A stretch of 64,000 bases of DNA from Hemiscyllium ocellatum (lineage: Eukaryota), in the NCBI RefSeq assembly GCF_020745735.1, contig NC_083408.1:75236484-75300483 (forward strand), in the 5' to 3' direction. Shown one piece after another: positions 24,398-38,436 of this stretch. Numbering within the stretch: the stretch's first letter is position 1; the number at the start of each line of letters is the position of its first letter. The position numbers and the translations under genes were made by a program. Under the pieces are notes generated by a model, which worked only from the letters and a program-made list of their open reading frames with translations, was not told the origin of the DNA and did not search any database.

Positions 24398-27300
24398 CAG
24401 CCGTCCGTTTTTTGGGGGACTTTGAACTTCTGTTACGACCAGATGAAGACATTCCACTTTCACTCATGGAATCATGTGCAGATGATGCGCTCCCTGTAGC
24501 TTCACTGTCACGTATCATACTTTCATAGCCACTGCTGCCACCACTATGATAAAAAAGAGCTGTTCTTCCCATGGCTGGAGGCAGCTCTCCACTAAGAACA
24601 CTGCTGTTGTCACTACCATGCCCGCTGCTGTAGCGTTGAGGTCTCCTTGGTGCAGTTATTTTACTGTATGGAGAAGGCAAGACTGGAATCTGTGATATTT
24701 CATCACTGAGGTTGACCCCACTGTCATTCCCACTGTCAGAGTCAGTGGATCCTCTCAAGTGGCCCACTTTACTGGAGGATGCCCCAGAAGCTAGTTCAGA
24801 GACACGACTGTTTGCTGCCCTGACGGCTTGCTTTGTTCCCATGATAGTCCCTTTACCAGGTTTGCACGTTGTTACCTGTGTTGAACGAGGTATTGTTTTT
24901 CCATTTGATGGCACACTGGAACTTCGACCCATTGATTGGGTTAATGATTTAACCGATGTGCTTAACCCTTTCACACCACTTGTAGAAAGGCTTCGGCATT
25001 TATTTCCTGACACCATCACCTTATTAGTGGAAGTACTTTTGGTTTGATTGGATTTCCCAGTAACAGGGACAACAGGAACGGTCGGAGTGGACATTACTGG
25101 AGCTGATGGTGACACACCAAGCCTCGGTACTGATCGGCCTGCTCTACTGTTGTTGACGAGGTGGCCACTTTCCTTAGACATGCTGTGTTTGGATCCAACT
25201 GATGTAAGACTATCACATCTCTCAAGTGATTGCAGACTCCCACAGCGATGCACAGACTCAGGTTTAGGCATTCGGGATTTTGAGCTTGAAATGTTTTTAA
25301 CAAACATGTGGTCAGACTTTATGTTTGTTGATCTGCTGTTGTTACCTTCAACTATACAAGAAGCAACATTTAGTCTTCCATCTATTTCATCCTCTAATTT
25401 TGATGGTGATACATTAAGTACTTCTGGGCTGGTACATTTTTGAGCATTAGTTTGTGGAGTAACTCTGTTTCTTTGCTCTAGACTGGATTTACGGACTGGG
25501 GGAGCAGGAGGTATCCCATTGAGCCTTGGTAGCAAGCTTGTTTTGGGCACTGAAGTTTTCTTGCATGAAGCTGATTTTAAGCTGCTTGTCACTGAAGCAA
25601 AATCTGGTTGGTCTTTGGGTATAGCTCCAGTATTAACACTGGTGTGCATTATTGGCATTGTAGCGACCATTGCATTTCCTTTTTTCACTTGTGATACCTT
25701 AGCTGGTACATCATTTTTTCTTGCATTTGCACCAATGGCATTGTTGAATCCATCAGATTTATTCACCATTTCACATCCATAAACAACCCGCTGTGTACAG
25801 GAAGCAGGTGTATGAGACTTGTTAAGCCGAGGAATAGTTCCAGTATTATGGGGTGTTTTCATTTGCTGTTTGATTTGACTGTGAGAAGCAGATTTGGGAG
25901 CAAACTTGACAGAAAGTGCTTGATCCTCAGCTTTTGGCTCTGAGTGGCTATTTGTGCGTTGTAACCAAGGATCCTCAGACTCGATTTCTTGCTGTAGAGT
26001 ATCTCCACAATCTACTGTGCTACCACTATGGTTCACAGATGAGGTAGATTTCATTTTCCTGGGAAGACTAGAGTAGCAAATAGGATCTTCAGAAATTACT
26101 GGGACATGACGATGCACTGGGGTGCTGGTTTTAGTTGCTGATGAATCATTACTGCCAATCACAACTTTGCCAGACACCACTTTGGATAAACTTAAGGCAC
26201 TGGAACCTTTGTCGGTGTTGATGACAGGTTTGATTGAACCAGTGCTTTTGTTAGCTTCTTCAGAGTAACAGAAGCTATCAGTCAAGTTGCTGTTTTGAGC
26301 CTGCATCAGTGGTGCACACATGTCTTGCAGCATGTCAGATGAGTCCAAATTAAAAGGCCCCAGAGTGTTCTCACCATAACTGTAACAAGACTGCACAATG
26401 AAAGTGTCAGAGGGTTGAGCCCCATCACTTTCTACAGCACAGATGCTTAATTCACTGAGCCAGGAACTAATTGATGATCGTCTGCTACTGTTGCAAAAAG
26501 AATCATCTGCAAGTGGCACAACGTTGTCCATGTTTGCTCCAGCAGTGGTTGCCGGTGAGGTATAAGCTTCAAAGTCATCATTTATGCTACTAATAATGCT
26601 GACAGGCCGTGAGCCTGAGGCCAAGGCCTGAAGTGAGCAATCACTATTAAAGCTAATAATGCTAGCAGGTCGACCACTTTCCAAAATTCCTTCAAATGAC
26701 AGTTCTTCTACAACAGTAAATACCAGCTCATCTTCGCCATTCAGTTCCACAGGCTGCTGCAAAGTCACAGTAGTAGTCAACATGTCTCGGTCAATACAAT
26801 CATTCCTGAATGCTGACCTTATACAATTTGCATCTGATCCAGTGGATTGTTTGTATTTGCTTTTGCAATGTGCAGCAGCACCTCCACTTACAATGGAATC
26901 TGATTTATTTGTTACCTGATCGCTCATTCCTACTGGAGGAGTTCTTATCACACTGCCACTACTAGATTTAGAGCAATCGATTTTTCTATCTTTTGTTTGG
27001 GGAGGTGGTGGTGCAGGGCTTGGCAACGGCCTTCTATTGAAAAACAACTTTTCCCTCACGGCAGGCGCAGGCGTAGTCTGGGCCGGCTTGTGTGCTTTCG
27101 GGCTGTTGGATTTGGGCACTTTTGTGGAAGCTGTGATTGTCTCCTTCACTCCATCCATTCCAGTGTTACCACTTAATTCCATTAAACTTCCTTCAGCTTT
27201 GGTTTGCACTTTTGAATGTTCAATTGTTATCGAGTGAGAAGGGCTCTTCACTGGAGATCCATTATGCTGCTGAACTGGTAACGGAGCATGCAAGCTCTGA

Positions 27301-27896
27301 CCCTTTTTAGGAGACACCATTTCTATTGGAGAATGTTTTCCATAGGGATGTGGAGAAGGTACCGGTACCTTTTCTGTTGCCGGGCCAGATTGTGCTGTTT
27401 CGAGTGATGTTAGACATTGCACATTCTCCATCCTCATAGGGGTTGGATTATTACTACAGATGAAAAGTCCTTGCTCACAGGAAAACTGGATGGGTTCCTC
27501 ACTTCCATCAATGCACTCTAATCTTTCCTGCAGTTCAGCAAAAGTGTTACATTTAAAATAGTCTCTTTCAGTCCTCTTACCAACAATCATAGTTTCCTTG
27601 CTTTTCTTGGGGTCTTGCTTCTTGTTAAGAGAAGGGATTATGGGGACAAACTCCGGTGGTCCCTCATTATCTGTTAGCTCTCGATCAGACAGTGCTGCAC
27701 CATTAGGACCAACATAAATAACTGTATCGCATGATTGCTCACTGCTTGATGAATAATCTGGATCACTGGGTATTCCTAATACAGGAAGATTTGAATCAAG
27801 AGCTGTGGTTCTTGAGTGAAAGGGTCTTAAATTAGGTGGTCTTCGAATCCGGCCTTCTTCACAAGAACTCTCTCCACCTGAAGAACTTGAGGCGTA
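24398..27896 (-). CDS. KIF26A: KIF26A large (3499 bp) exon encoding the Ser-rich disordered tail
   Basis: Open frame from YASSSSGGESSCEEGRIRRPP...SSSSEQSCDTVIYVGPNG to PSPYSKITAPRRPQRYSSGHGSDNSSVLSGELPPAMGRTALFYHSGGSSGYESMIRDSEATGS; ctAG acceptor, G|GTAAG donor. YASSSS, RRPP and GAKHVPY resemble KIF26A more than KIF26B. Confidence 0.93.
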
Positions 27897-28101
27897 CTAG
27901 TTCAAATAGAAAAATGTTTATTTCAAACGGAACATGGAACCACATATTTTAAAACAAGGTAATTTAGATTTTTTTAAAATCTGACTCTTAAACTTGACAA
28001 AACTATGTGGAAAGTTATCTATATTCACAGGGTTATCAATGCTTTTAAGGTCTACATTTGAAATAACATCATTTGATATTCCACTTGGAGCAGATACGGA
28101 C

Positions 28102-28264
28102 CTTGGACTTTTTCTTTCTCATACGATGAATTCGTGCCGCAAGCTGAATGCTTGTAAGGGTTTCTGCATAGTTGGCAGGAGAGTCAGAAATATGGGTGAT
28201 CATGGTTGTTCTGCAGTTTATATTCCCCAGCGATTCTCTCAAGAGCATAGTAAGTTTGCTATCC
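28102..28264 (-). CDS. KIF26A: KIF26A exon (end of motor domain)
   Basis: [54 protein letters not shown]; atatAG acceptor, AAG|GTCCGT donor; 163 bp. Confidence 0.92.
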
Positions 28265-30341
28265 CTATATTGTACAATAAAACAAATTCATTCAGAGGCA
28301 AAGAAAGTAATGGATTAAGTCCTTTAAGTTAATCATCTATTTTCATACATCCAGAATTTTCATACTATTTTCTTTTTCCTAGTCAAAATTTCATTGGGAT
28401 TAAATGGATTTTAATGTTGTACTTTAGTTCAGGCACAGAACAAGACTGGCAGTATTTCATTCTGTTCGGCTTTACGACAGTTTCATGATAAAATCACTTC
28501 AGGTAAGAACATCAGCTGAGGTTATTTGTTTGAATTTGTGGATATGTTTTTGTCTGTGGAAGACAGCATGCAGCTTCAAATAAGTGTAAGCACAGTAACT
28601 TATTGTGGAGAATTACAAAATTTATGTTTAGCACAGTTACAAGACATTCCTTAAGAAGATAAACAGATTTTTTTTTATTATTGCCACAAACGTAATGGCA
28701 TTGTTCATTGCCTGAACATGATCAGTGTTGAATTCGGAAAGATGAAGCAAAATTTCAACTGATTTGCATCAATGTATAAAAAAATCTCTTTTCTTCAGCA
28801 ACACTTCAATAAAGTTAACATTAAAATGATAGACACAGTAATGCCATTTGTTCACATGCCGTTTTTATTCATGAGCATTTTAGCTTTTCAATCTTAATTA
28901 ATGGCAGAAAGAATTTCAATGATTAGATTTCTGCACTTGTTTCAAAGATTATTGTGGCAAATATTCGGCTAACCATTATTGGACACAGGTCATTTGCAGT
29001 ATCAGCACTTTTCTGCATTGTTCAGCTGAAAGTCTTTTTGTACCATAACCTGTCAGAGTGTGCTGACAATGGAACAGCAAGAGCAACTGGCAGGGTTAAT
29101 AGTGCATCACCTTAAACAGTGAGATTCAATGACGGAGAAAGAAACAAAGGAACAGAAATGGACAGCGAATCAAAGATTGCATTAAGAATCTGAAAAAGAG
29201 ACAGAAACAAAAATAGGGGAAACATTTAGAAAGATAGGATGTGTTTTTTGTGGGCCAGCAAGTTTGATTGGCACTGCATTAACAAAGATCATATAGTTAG
29301 TTAGTATTAATCATAAGCTCTTAGCCCATGTCTAAGAGTCAAATCATGTGCAAAATTTTTCAGGTTTGTTAGAATAATGGGAAGTTTAAGATGCTGTTTG
29401 TGCAAAACAAATAACTGAGTGAAAAATCACCTAGCATCTCACATTAAAACTCTCGTTCTGAATTCTCTAATAGATTTATATAATAATAGCATGTTATCAT
29501 TGAAATAGCATAATTTTCCAGCAAGATGCTGCCCAATGTGTCCTGTCTACTAAATAATCCCAGTCCAAGAATTGCCCATGAATCTCAGTGTTCCATGGCA
29601 ATTAAGAATTGCACAAACAGCTAATTGGCAAACATACAAATTCTCCTCATCTTACAATTTGCCATTAAATATAGAGATCTTTTTCAAATGAATAGTATTG
29701 AATTATGCCTAGTTTACAACTTTAACAGTTAAAGGCAAAAATAAATGCTGCCTTTCCCTGTCTTCTACTTCTGACTCTGTCAGCGTTTGAGGAGTCATTG
29801 AAAGATTGTACAATTTGGATGAGGTTCAATCTGGGACACCTCCACTTGCAATGAAGATGCCAAGAAATCTGCTATGAATATGTGGGCGGAAACCAATGAG
29901 CAAGGGTCATTTTTGCTGTTCCTTGATCCCCAAAACTCATTTTAAAATAATATATTTTTAATGCTCTGTCATGCTCCCCAGCTGGTCAGCTGGTATCACT
30001 TGCAGAGAGACCTTTATCCCACCCTACGTGGTCCTTGTAAAAGTTTGGTAAAGATACACCCCCACCCCCAACAAGGTCATACAGAAAATGTGCCTGTGAG
30101 GTTGAGACATGGCTTAGCCCATGGCTACTTTGCTAGAAGACTGGCAAAGTTAAATCAGATTTTAATCCTTAAACTTTTTTCAGAAGATGAGAAAGGGGCT
30201 TTAGATACAAAAATGCAAGGCAATGTCTGACTTTATAAATCCATATAATTTTTACATCACAGTCACCTCTTACATCTTCATTCCTGCATCAAAATACCTT
30301 ATTCAAGTGTTCTCATATAATTCATAATATGCATTACTTAC

Positions 30342-30501
30342 TTGTACGGCACATGCTTAGCACCATTAACTAACGCCAGAATGACATTGCCCAGAGCTGA
30401 AAGTGATAGACAGAGGCCGCCACCAGCATCCCGGCTCTTGCTTAAAACCTTTTCACAGCTCCCCAGATCGACCAAGTGCAAACGGCTACGCCCTCCAGAC
30501 A
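30342..30501 (-). CDS. KIF26A: KIF26A exon (motor domain, switch II region)
   Basis: (M)[52 protein letters not shown](K); ttgcAG acceptor, AA|GTAAG donor; 160 bp. Confidence 0.93.
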
Positions 30502-30708
30502 CTGCAAAAGGATGGTAAAGCCATTTAAGAGATTCTGAATTTATTCAAACTAACAGACAGAATAAACACAACAACCCAGCACCTGTATTAAATATTAATG
30601 ACAGGCAAAGAGAAATCAGGTAGTGACCACAATTACTCATTGTACATTTTTAAATCAATGAGGCATACGAGCAGGACAGACACAGTTTCCAAATCAGAGT
30701 GAACATAC

Positions 30709-30892
30709 TTCCCCCTTTGCCACTCTTCTCCATTCGATACTGGTAAATGTGAAGGGTAAAGAGCATATGGGAGTTTCTTCTCTCCTCCTCATCACAATCT
30801 GGCCGACTGGTCCTTCTGGAGGCTATTGCCGCATCAAGGAAATAGGCAGCTTTTTCTGCCGTAGGGGCTCTCAGCTCACTTTGATTCTGAAG
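30709..30892 (-). CDS. KIF26A: KIF26A exon (motor domain, switch I region)
   Basis: [26 protein letters not shown]...[22 protein letters not shown]; tgcAG acceptor, A|GTATG donor; 184 bp. Confidence 0.93.
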
Positions 30893-31158
30893 CTGCATAT
30901 GAAGAAAAATATATTGCTAATTGGAAGAGGATTGCATTTCTGCTCAACAGATGAACTCTCTGGGGCAATTAGTAACAAAATATGTGTACCAAGGGAGCAA
31001 AGATGGAAAAGCAGTAATGCCAAAAGAATGGCAGTGACATTTAAATGCAGCTGGAATGTTTCAAACAACCTTCAATGCACAACTGGAAAAGCAGTGAGTA
31101 GAAAAACACATATCAATCTACTTGAAAACAATATAACAATATAGCATAATAAAAGTAC

Positions 31159-31421
31159 CTGAGTTCCGCAGATCGGATCTTCCCTGAGATAGACGCCAGG
31201 AGACTGACCATCCTGGAGGCTGCCAGTGGCCACTTCAGATAACAAATCCCGAAGGTTTTCATCCTTGCCCCAGATCTCCACAGCGGATACCCTGACCGAG
31301 AATCGAGTGCCGGTTTTCTCCTTGCGTTCATTTATTAGTTTAAAAAGCCAGGATATTGCACAGGGAATCACACCAAGATTTTGCATTGAATTGTCTTTTC
31401 CAATCATAGTATATGTTTTTC
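31159..31421 (-). CDS. KIF26A: KIF26A exon (motor domain)
   Basis: (G)[29 protein letters not shown]...[12 protein letters not shown]; ttccAG acceptor, CAG|GTAC donor; 263 bp, phase 1/0. Confidence 0.93.
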
Positions 31422-33419
31422 CTGGAATTAAGATTTAAGTTTGAATGTTAGGCTGTTTTAGTTTCTTTAGTGGGTTAGATAAATATAGATTGGATATGCA
31501 ACATTTTGTGGTCTGGGCGTACAACCGCCACAGGACTGTAATCACCAAAGATACTCCAGCATCCTACCTTCTAAGCATAACAATGCACATCCTAGAATTC
31601 AAAGCAGCTGACCAGCAGCATGGTAGATCCAGAGAATCCAGTGTGGGTTGGTGGGAAAGGACTCTAGAGTAGCAGTTGCTAACATATGCCATCTGCACTC
31701 TGAAGAAGCATCTCAGTTCCTCGTGCTCCCACAATGATATATTTAAAGCTCTAATGTATCATCCTCATTGACTATATTGCAAGTGAAACCCAGGTCTGCA
31801 CAACACAATCCCTTCCTGCAATCTCCCAAAACTATCTATGTCAAATGGACCACAAATGCATCTTAAAAGGATTTATGTAAACAGTGGCAGTGAAACTGGG
31901 TGAAGAAATGAGATGATTCACTACTTTCTATGATTTCTGGAGAGGTATCATTAGATTTCAAACAACGTAGTTAGTGAGAACCTTCCCCAGTGTCTTAGCT
32001 GTTGGTGATAACTCTCTACAATAGACACACATGTACAAGTGCAGTACCTCACTGTTTGCCCACTCATTTACATATGGTAGTATTATGTGTCTGAATATTT
32101 TGCTACTTAGCAAATTTCGTAGAGGTCAAACAGATCATTCTTAATTCCTGTATGTTAATGTGTGAATGCAATTGTTCACAAGATGATATATCCTATGCTC
32201 TTCTATTTTCTCAAGTGTCATCTCTAGCTATATAAATAAGTTACTTAGTAGTGGAGGCTAATGTGATCCTCGTCAAAACACAGAGAGAGCTACTTTGAAT
32301 TTAGGTATCAACAAAAGAAGCTCAACTGATACTATAAAAGGGAACACATCACTGGTCAATTGATACTTAAATTAGAATACGTTGCAGCTAATCTTATCAA
32401 TCCAAATGGTAAAGATTTTTTTTTAAATGAGTCAGTATAAAAGATACCAGGTGAAATTTAAAACCATACCTACTCAACCTCACTTCCCTCTCCAACTCAG
32501 AGAAAGGTTCAGAGTAGAAGGGGCAGAGGGAAGACATTAAGTTACAGGGTAAAGATCTTGCTGCTTTCACACCTCAAGCCCAGGACAGGTAGGCTTGTCA
32601 GCATCCTACCTGCTGGAAGCCAATTAAGGCCCTGAAATGGTACACAAGGAGCAGTGTCCAGAGGACTCATCAGCCAGTAACCCTGGTCTGGGTTTGGGAG
32701 TGACCAGTGAAGGGAGTTCCTCAGTCACTGACAAATTGAATCCGATTAAGGGAACCAGCATCAGGAAGCGGGAAGCAAGATGGCCTTTGTCTGAACATCC
32801 TGCCCTCACCTATCAACCACTGCTATACCCCAGCCGTGATCCCAACCCTCTCACACTCACTTGTATTTAGGGATCCAGGGGCAATCCCTCCTGCAGGCCC
32901 CTCTGATTGGCCAGTAGTTCTACGTTGCAAGATTTCCATCATACTGAGGTATTAATCAGATGGGAAACTTGTTCTCACTGGGTCAGCGCCTAATTTAAAT
33001 TAAATAATTACATGTTTCCTGGAGAAAAATGGTGCAGAACTTGTACCAGTGGACAAGACCTTCATCACCCATATGAAACCCCGGTCACCGGTTGTTTTTG
33101 ACTGCTTTGTAAACATGGCAAAGACCTAGTGCTATAATCTGAACTCTTGCAACCTGGTGTTTGGGTGATTCCTACTGGCTTTTGTATCAAACTTGTTAAA
33201 TGGACCTATTTGCAGAATAATCTTTCAACTCTTCTCAGATTGTGGTCTCATCAATATTAATATGATGTTTTTACATGTACGTGTTCAATTTCCACTGTCA
33301 AACATTGATAACTGTTCAGACGTATGAGGCAGGAACAAAAACAGGACCACAAATTGGTAGAAAGGATCTGAGGAATTCATATAACATTTAGATTTGTCTT
33401 CAAAACACTAAGTATCGAG

Positions 33420-35580
33420 CACAATAACTTGCATTAAAGAGTGACTATACCAGAGGAAAATAGCCAAAGGAATTTCACAGAAGCACTAAAATACTAAAAA
33501 TGACACCAAGCCAAAGCAGACATGAGGAAACATGAGTAAAATCAAAAAAGCAGGATTTAGAAAGAGAGAAAAGCAGAATCAAATAAATTGAGGGAATTAA
33601 TTGTAGAGTTTAGGACCACAAAGGCTAAGTTTCGATGCTAATAGTGTGGTGAAGAGGTTGAGAGGCCCACTAGGGTTGTGACATTGACTCTTTCCCGAAT
33701 GCAGCGTTAGGAATTTCAGTCTCTATTCCATAGATTAAGATCATTCCCCCTCATACTGGTCCCCAAAGGCTGCAGAAAGAGCAGATAACTAAATTAGTTT
33801 GTCATACCAAACCTCCCTGCCATAACTAGTGTGCAGCAATTGGGTTAGAGTAGTTGGGAGCTGTGCCTAGGGGGCAGTGGCAAGAAAATCTGAGTTCAAT
33901 GAAAGCAAAGAACACAGTTTCTAAAACCCCTCAATTTAAAGCTATGTCCCCCCATGCTAGCCATCGCCATCCGAGGAAAAAGGCTCTCACTGTCCAAGAG
34001 CAATCCCTAACTTGTAAACAGTGCCCTGAAGCTCAGAACTCACTGACAAGTGGAAACATTATTTCCATGTTCACCTTACCTAGGGTGTTGAGGATCTTAC
34101 TGACTTCAATAAAATTACCTCTCAAGCCCAGTCTGCCCAATCTTCCTGATAAAACAACCTTCTCATTCCAGGTATCAATCTCATAAACCCAGAACACAAT
34201 CCCACTGGTGGTCAGGGTTAGAATTGGGATTTTAATATGATTAAAATAATTTTTATGTTTAATACTTTGAAGCTGAAATCACAAATTTAAGCATTTATTC
34301 ATCTTGAATTATTTATTTCTGTTTAATTTGCAATTCTAGTAAGTAAGAACTTGAACTTGTATTTTTAAGTAGTCAAAAGATATGTGTGAAGGATACTGAG
34401 GGGCAGCACATGAGGAAAGCAGAGGAAGAAGCTAATGGAGGGGCAGGGGTAATGATGTAGGAGAGGAAAGAGAAACTATTGTTGTTTCTATAAATAAAAA
34501 GTGGATTCAACTAGACAAATAAGTACCGGCAATGTTAGAGGGGCATACGGTCAATTCGCTCCAAGTCTGTGGGGACATCAAAGAGCAGTGGAAGGGTCAA
34601 TGTGTTACATTCACAGTCACAGAGATTGCCATTTGTGACTTAAATAGGGCCAGTTCAGTGCTGTGGCGAAAACAAAAACCTAATTGAAGAAATTTTAGCA
34701 CAGAGTCTGAGAAAGTTAATCAGATGTTTGGAAGGACACAAGATCCTTGGTGAGGACAGGGTATTTGGTAATATGCTGTAGAGAGGGTAAGGGTGACCTT
34801 TCTTTGAGAAGAGGTGATGACAACACCTAAAGAGAATAAACCACTTCCAATGTCAGCATTCAAGAAGCAAGACTGAGCGGTCAAGAGTTTAGTGGAAACA
34901 GACTGTGGATACAAGATGTCGGCACCTTGTGTAGTTTTGTGGTTTGAAAGCAATGTAACAAGAGATTAGAGAGACATTGGAGAAAGGTGAGAGTTCAAGT
35001 CAATGACATGGGCTGCCTAGGGAACATCTGCCATAATAGTCAAGGAAAGGCAAGAAAACCCAGTGAACAAATCTTGGTGACAAAGAAGTCCCTGAATTCT
35101 TTGGATTCATTGGAAGATGGAGAAGATAGGGTGAAGTGTATAAGGTGCAATTCACTCTGGAAAGAGAAACAATGGCGTTCCTTTGCTTTCTAGGATGTGT
35201 TTGCAGCAGTGAGTCATTTTAGCAAGGAATTTTGAGACCCGGAAACATTTGATATGTCCTGTGGAGTTATGGCAATAGATGGATAAAGCTGTGCTCCAGT
35301 CCGTGTCTTTTGGATTTCAGGGAGTAATCAGGTCCGCAGAAGGACTAACAAACAGGAAGATAATGATAATAAAGAGTTCACTAAGGAAGAAGATATCAAG
35401 CGTGGAGATGAAAGTGTGGCTGAACAAATTGATTGCTGCAGAATATTGTGAAGAAAGGATGCTAAAGGCTATGTTTGAAAGTGTTGCTATAAGTGACTTG
35501 GGGCAAGAATTTTTTTCCCCTCCAGGGCTGAATATGAAAGAAGTGAGATTGGAAGGGAAATATGTCTGTGGTTGGTAAAC
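33420..35580 (-). mobile_element. Decayed L2-like LINE remnants with other insertions
   Basis: 3' end acaataacttgcatt.. resembles 62622-62790; purine-rich plus strand typical of an antisense LINE; no intact ORF. Confidence 0.4.
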
Positions 35581-35597
35581 ATGAATAGGAAATAATA

Positions 35598-35732
35598 TAT
35601 TCCAAAGAAGAGTCACTAGAACTGAAATGTTAACTTTGTTTTCTCTCCACAGATGCTGCCAGACCTGCTGAGTTTCTCCAGCATTTTCTGTTTTTAATTC
35701 AGATTTCCGGCATCTACAGTTCTTTGTTTTTT
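35598..35732 (+). mobile_element. Old PLE tail (fourth group) with decayed hammerhead
   Basis: ..gaagagtcactagaactgaaatgttaac..agatgctgccagacctgctgagtttctccagca..; homologous to 37897-37997. Confidence 0.65.
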
Positions 35733-35749
35733 TGTCTGGAAGTATTCGT

Positions 35750-36680
35750 AGAATTTTTACAGTGAGGAAAGAGGTCATTCAGCCCATTGAATCTGCATCA
35801 ACCCCCCATGGAAAATTGCACTCAGACCCAGACCCTACTCGCTCCCTGTAACCTGTATTTCCCACGGCTAATCCACTTAATCTACATATCCCTGTACACC
35901 AGTGGGCAATTTACCAAGATCAATCCATCTAATCTGCACATCTTTGGACAGTGGGAGGAAACTGGAGCACCCAGAGGAAACCCACGCAGATAGGGGAAGA
36001 ATGTGCAAACTCCATACAGATGTTCGCCCAAACCTAGAATCAATTGTAGAGTCATGGAGATGTACAGCACAGAAACTGAAACTTCGGTCCGACCTGTCCA
36101 TGCCGACCAGATATCCCAACCCAATCTAGTCCCTTTTGCCAGCCCCCGGCCTATATACCTCCAAACCATTCCCATTCATATACCCATCCAGATGCCTTTT
36201 AAATGTTACAATCTGCTCTGCTCCACCACTTCCTCTGGCAGCTCATTCCATACACGTACCACCCTCTGCCTGAAAAAGTTGCCCCTCAGGTCTCCTTTAT
36301 ATCTTTCCCCTCTCACCCTAAATCTATGCCTTCTAATTCTGGACTCCCCCACCCCAGGGAAGAGACTTTGTCTATTTATCTTATCCATGCCCCTCATGAT
36401 TTTACAAACCTTTATAACGTCACCCCTTAGCCTCCAAAGTTCCGGAGAATACAGCCCCAGCCTATTCAACCTCTCCCTATAGCTCAAATCCTCCAACTCT
36501 GGCAATATACTTGTAAATCTTTCCTGAACCCTTTCAAGTTTCACCATGTCCTTCCAATAGGAAGTAGACCAGATGTACATGCAATATTCCAAAAGTGGCC
36601 TAACCAATGTCCTGTACAGACGCAACATGACCTCCTGGGTCCCTGACACTGAGAGGTCGCAGTGATAACCACTGAGTCAT
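35750..36680 (-). mobile_element. V-SINE split by a CR1 3' fragment (36046-36634, minus strand)
   Basis: SINE body 35750-36045 and head remnant ~36638-36680; CR1 ORF 36206-36649 LRLYRTLVRPLLEYC..LSYRERLNRLGL..QRVVRVWNELPEEVVE. Confidence 0.82.
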
Positions 36681-36948
36681 AGTGAACAGCTGAAAAGTAA
36701 ACTTTATGATATATTTACTTTAATGCAAATCTAGGAAAAATGGAAAATCTATTTTGATTATTAAATTTTAAATCCTCTCACGGTCTTATGAACATTTCAA
36801 AAATTGATTTAGAAGCAGAACTTAACAAGTCTACAAAGTAATTGAAAAGAAAATAGTCACATGCTTTCAGGTTTAGTGTTGCAAAATCTGACAGCATGTA
36901 ATTACCAGTCTGGCATTGTAATTAACAGTAACAAATTTGGGAGCTTAC

Positions 36949-37042
36949 CAAGCTTGACATGACCAAAGCAAAATATGCAGCCATCGGCACCATTCACAAC
37001 AGACTGAATTACTTCTGCCACTGTTCCTGAGCAGACCTCAGC
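36949..37042 (-). CDS. KIF26A: KIF26A exon (motor domain, first part of P-loop)
   Basis: [31 protein letters not shown](G); cctAG acceptor, G|GTAAG donor; 94 bp; absent from ORF track, translated by hand. Confidence 0.92.
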
Positions 37043-37182
37043 CTAGGAATATTAAGATAAATGAAGAAAACACATTAACGAATTTCTGTGGGCACATAAA
37101 TGAAAGTAGAAATTAATACGATACTAATACAAGCCAATAAATAATAATTAATTTAATCAATGTCTTTTGTTGTCCTACTCAC

Positions 37183-37395
37183 TTGTGAGGCATCTTGGGT
37201 AAAAACTGCATCAAATGCAAACATTTTTGGAGCAGCAACAGCTGGGGCTCGTCTGTGGGCAGAACCAGAATGACCACTCACTGAGGGGTCATAAAGGGTT
37301 ATTTGTTTTTTGCGAGAGTCTACTTTCAGGAACGACATTGACTCTGATGTATCGTTTGCTCCTTGTGAAGGACAAATCCGTACCATTACCTTCAC
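37183..37395 (-). CDS. KIF26A: KIF26A exon, start of kinesin motor domain
   Basis: VKVMVRICP...[16 protein letters not shown]...[16 protein letters not shown]; tttcAG acceptor, CAA|GTGAGT donor; 213 bp, phase 0/0. Confidence 0.93.
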
Positions 37396-37539
37396 CTGAA
37401 AGGAAAGCATTATAATCAGGTTAGTACACAAAACCAGCATTGAACAACACATTTTTTCACTATTGTCTTTACAGGCCAATCAACAATTACAAATATTCTA
37501 ACGGTTTAATGTTATTCTCCTATCAGAGCAAAGTTATAA

Positions 37540-37997
37540 AGCAAGAAATTCAGATAAAGGACTAACATCTCATTTTCGACTTGGAAGCCCTGTAACCATC
37601 AGGACTCAAAATCACACTCAATTTTAGAAAGTGCTCAGGCCCTATGTCCTTACCCAAACCCCCACAAACCAGGCTCTGTCATCACATGGGCTGCAACCAC
37701 AAACAATCCATCATCAGCCACAAACGATCTCCATTAGCAGCTATTCATTTTCCCAGGATGACCTTTACCCACTCCTTTGTCTGCCCAACTGTCTTCTCTC
37801 TCTCTCTCTCTCTCTGTGCTCCATCTCCATCTAGTATTTACTCCTTTCTCCTTTCCCTACCCCTTCTTTTGCATATATACTAACCAAGCCACAATCAGTT
37901 CTGAAGAAGGCTCACTAGACCCAAAATGTCAACTCAGCTTTCTCTCCACGGATGCAGCCTGACCTCCTGAGTTTAACCAGCAATTTCTGATTTTGTA
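37540..37997 (+). mobile_element. Decayed PLE 3' end with CUGAAGA-type hammerhead remnant (37897-37934)
   Basis: catctcattttcgacttggaagcc (LIFRLGS-like), pyrimidine-rich tract, AGTT-CTGAAGA..AAAATGTC-AACT, PLE tail. Confidence 0.62.
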
Positions 37998-38436
37998 ATT
38001 GAACAGTCACTTGATGGATTAAATTCTGTCAATTGTAATGTATCTTGCAGTTTCATCATAAGGGAATAGAAAAGCAAAGACCATTTTCCAAGTACTGGCA
38101 CAATACAGTGAATTAACTGTGATTGTCCGAAGCCAGTTTTAATACCTTGAAGTTAAACCAGATGAAGGCAGAACATACTGGAAACTCCTTTGAGTGAATG
38201 TATCTCATACCTAACCTAAACGCAGTAATTCACATCAATCCTGCATAGCCTAATTTTCCAATCAACCTACTCAGAGGTTATTACACACCTCTGGAGCAAG
38301 TGATGAAATAGCTCCACTGAGGCCAGTATCCCGTCACCAAGTCACCCTTTATTTACATGTGGAAGGTCTTTGACACTGATCCAGCTCCATCAAAGCCAGC
38401 TCTCAGATTAACAGGATGTCCAACAAACCTGTTCTT

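Noticed and set aside
24712-27237. Several plus-strand ORFs of 66-131 aa
   Set aside because: Antisense shadows of the large KIF26A exon with no independent protein features
24372-27590. 1072-aa ORF as a stand-alone intronless gene
   Set aside because: It is an internal exon: the frame extends upstream to the acceptor at 27896 and has a donor at 24398
37791-37815. (TC)n microsatellite
   Set aside because: Short and part of the pyrimidine-rich tract of a decayed PLE
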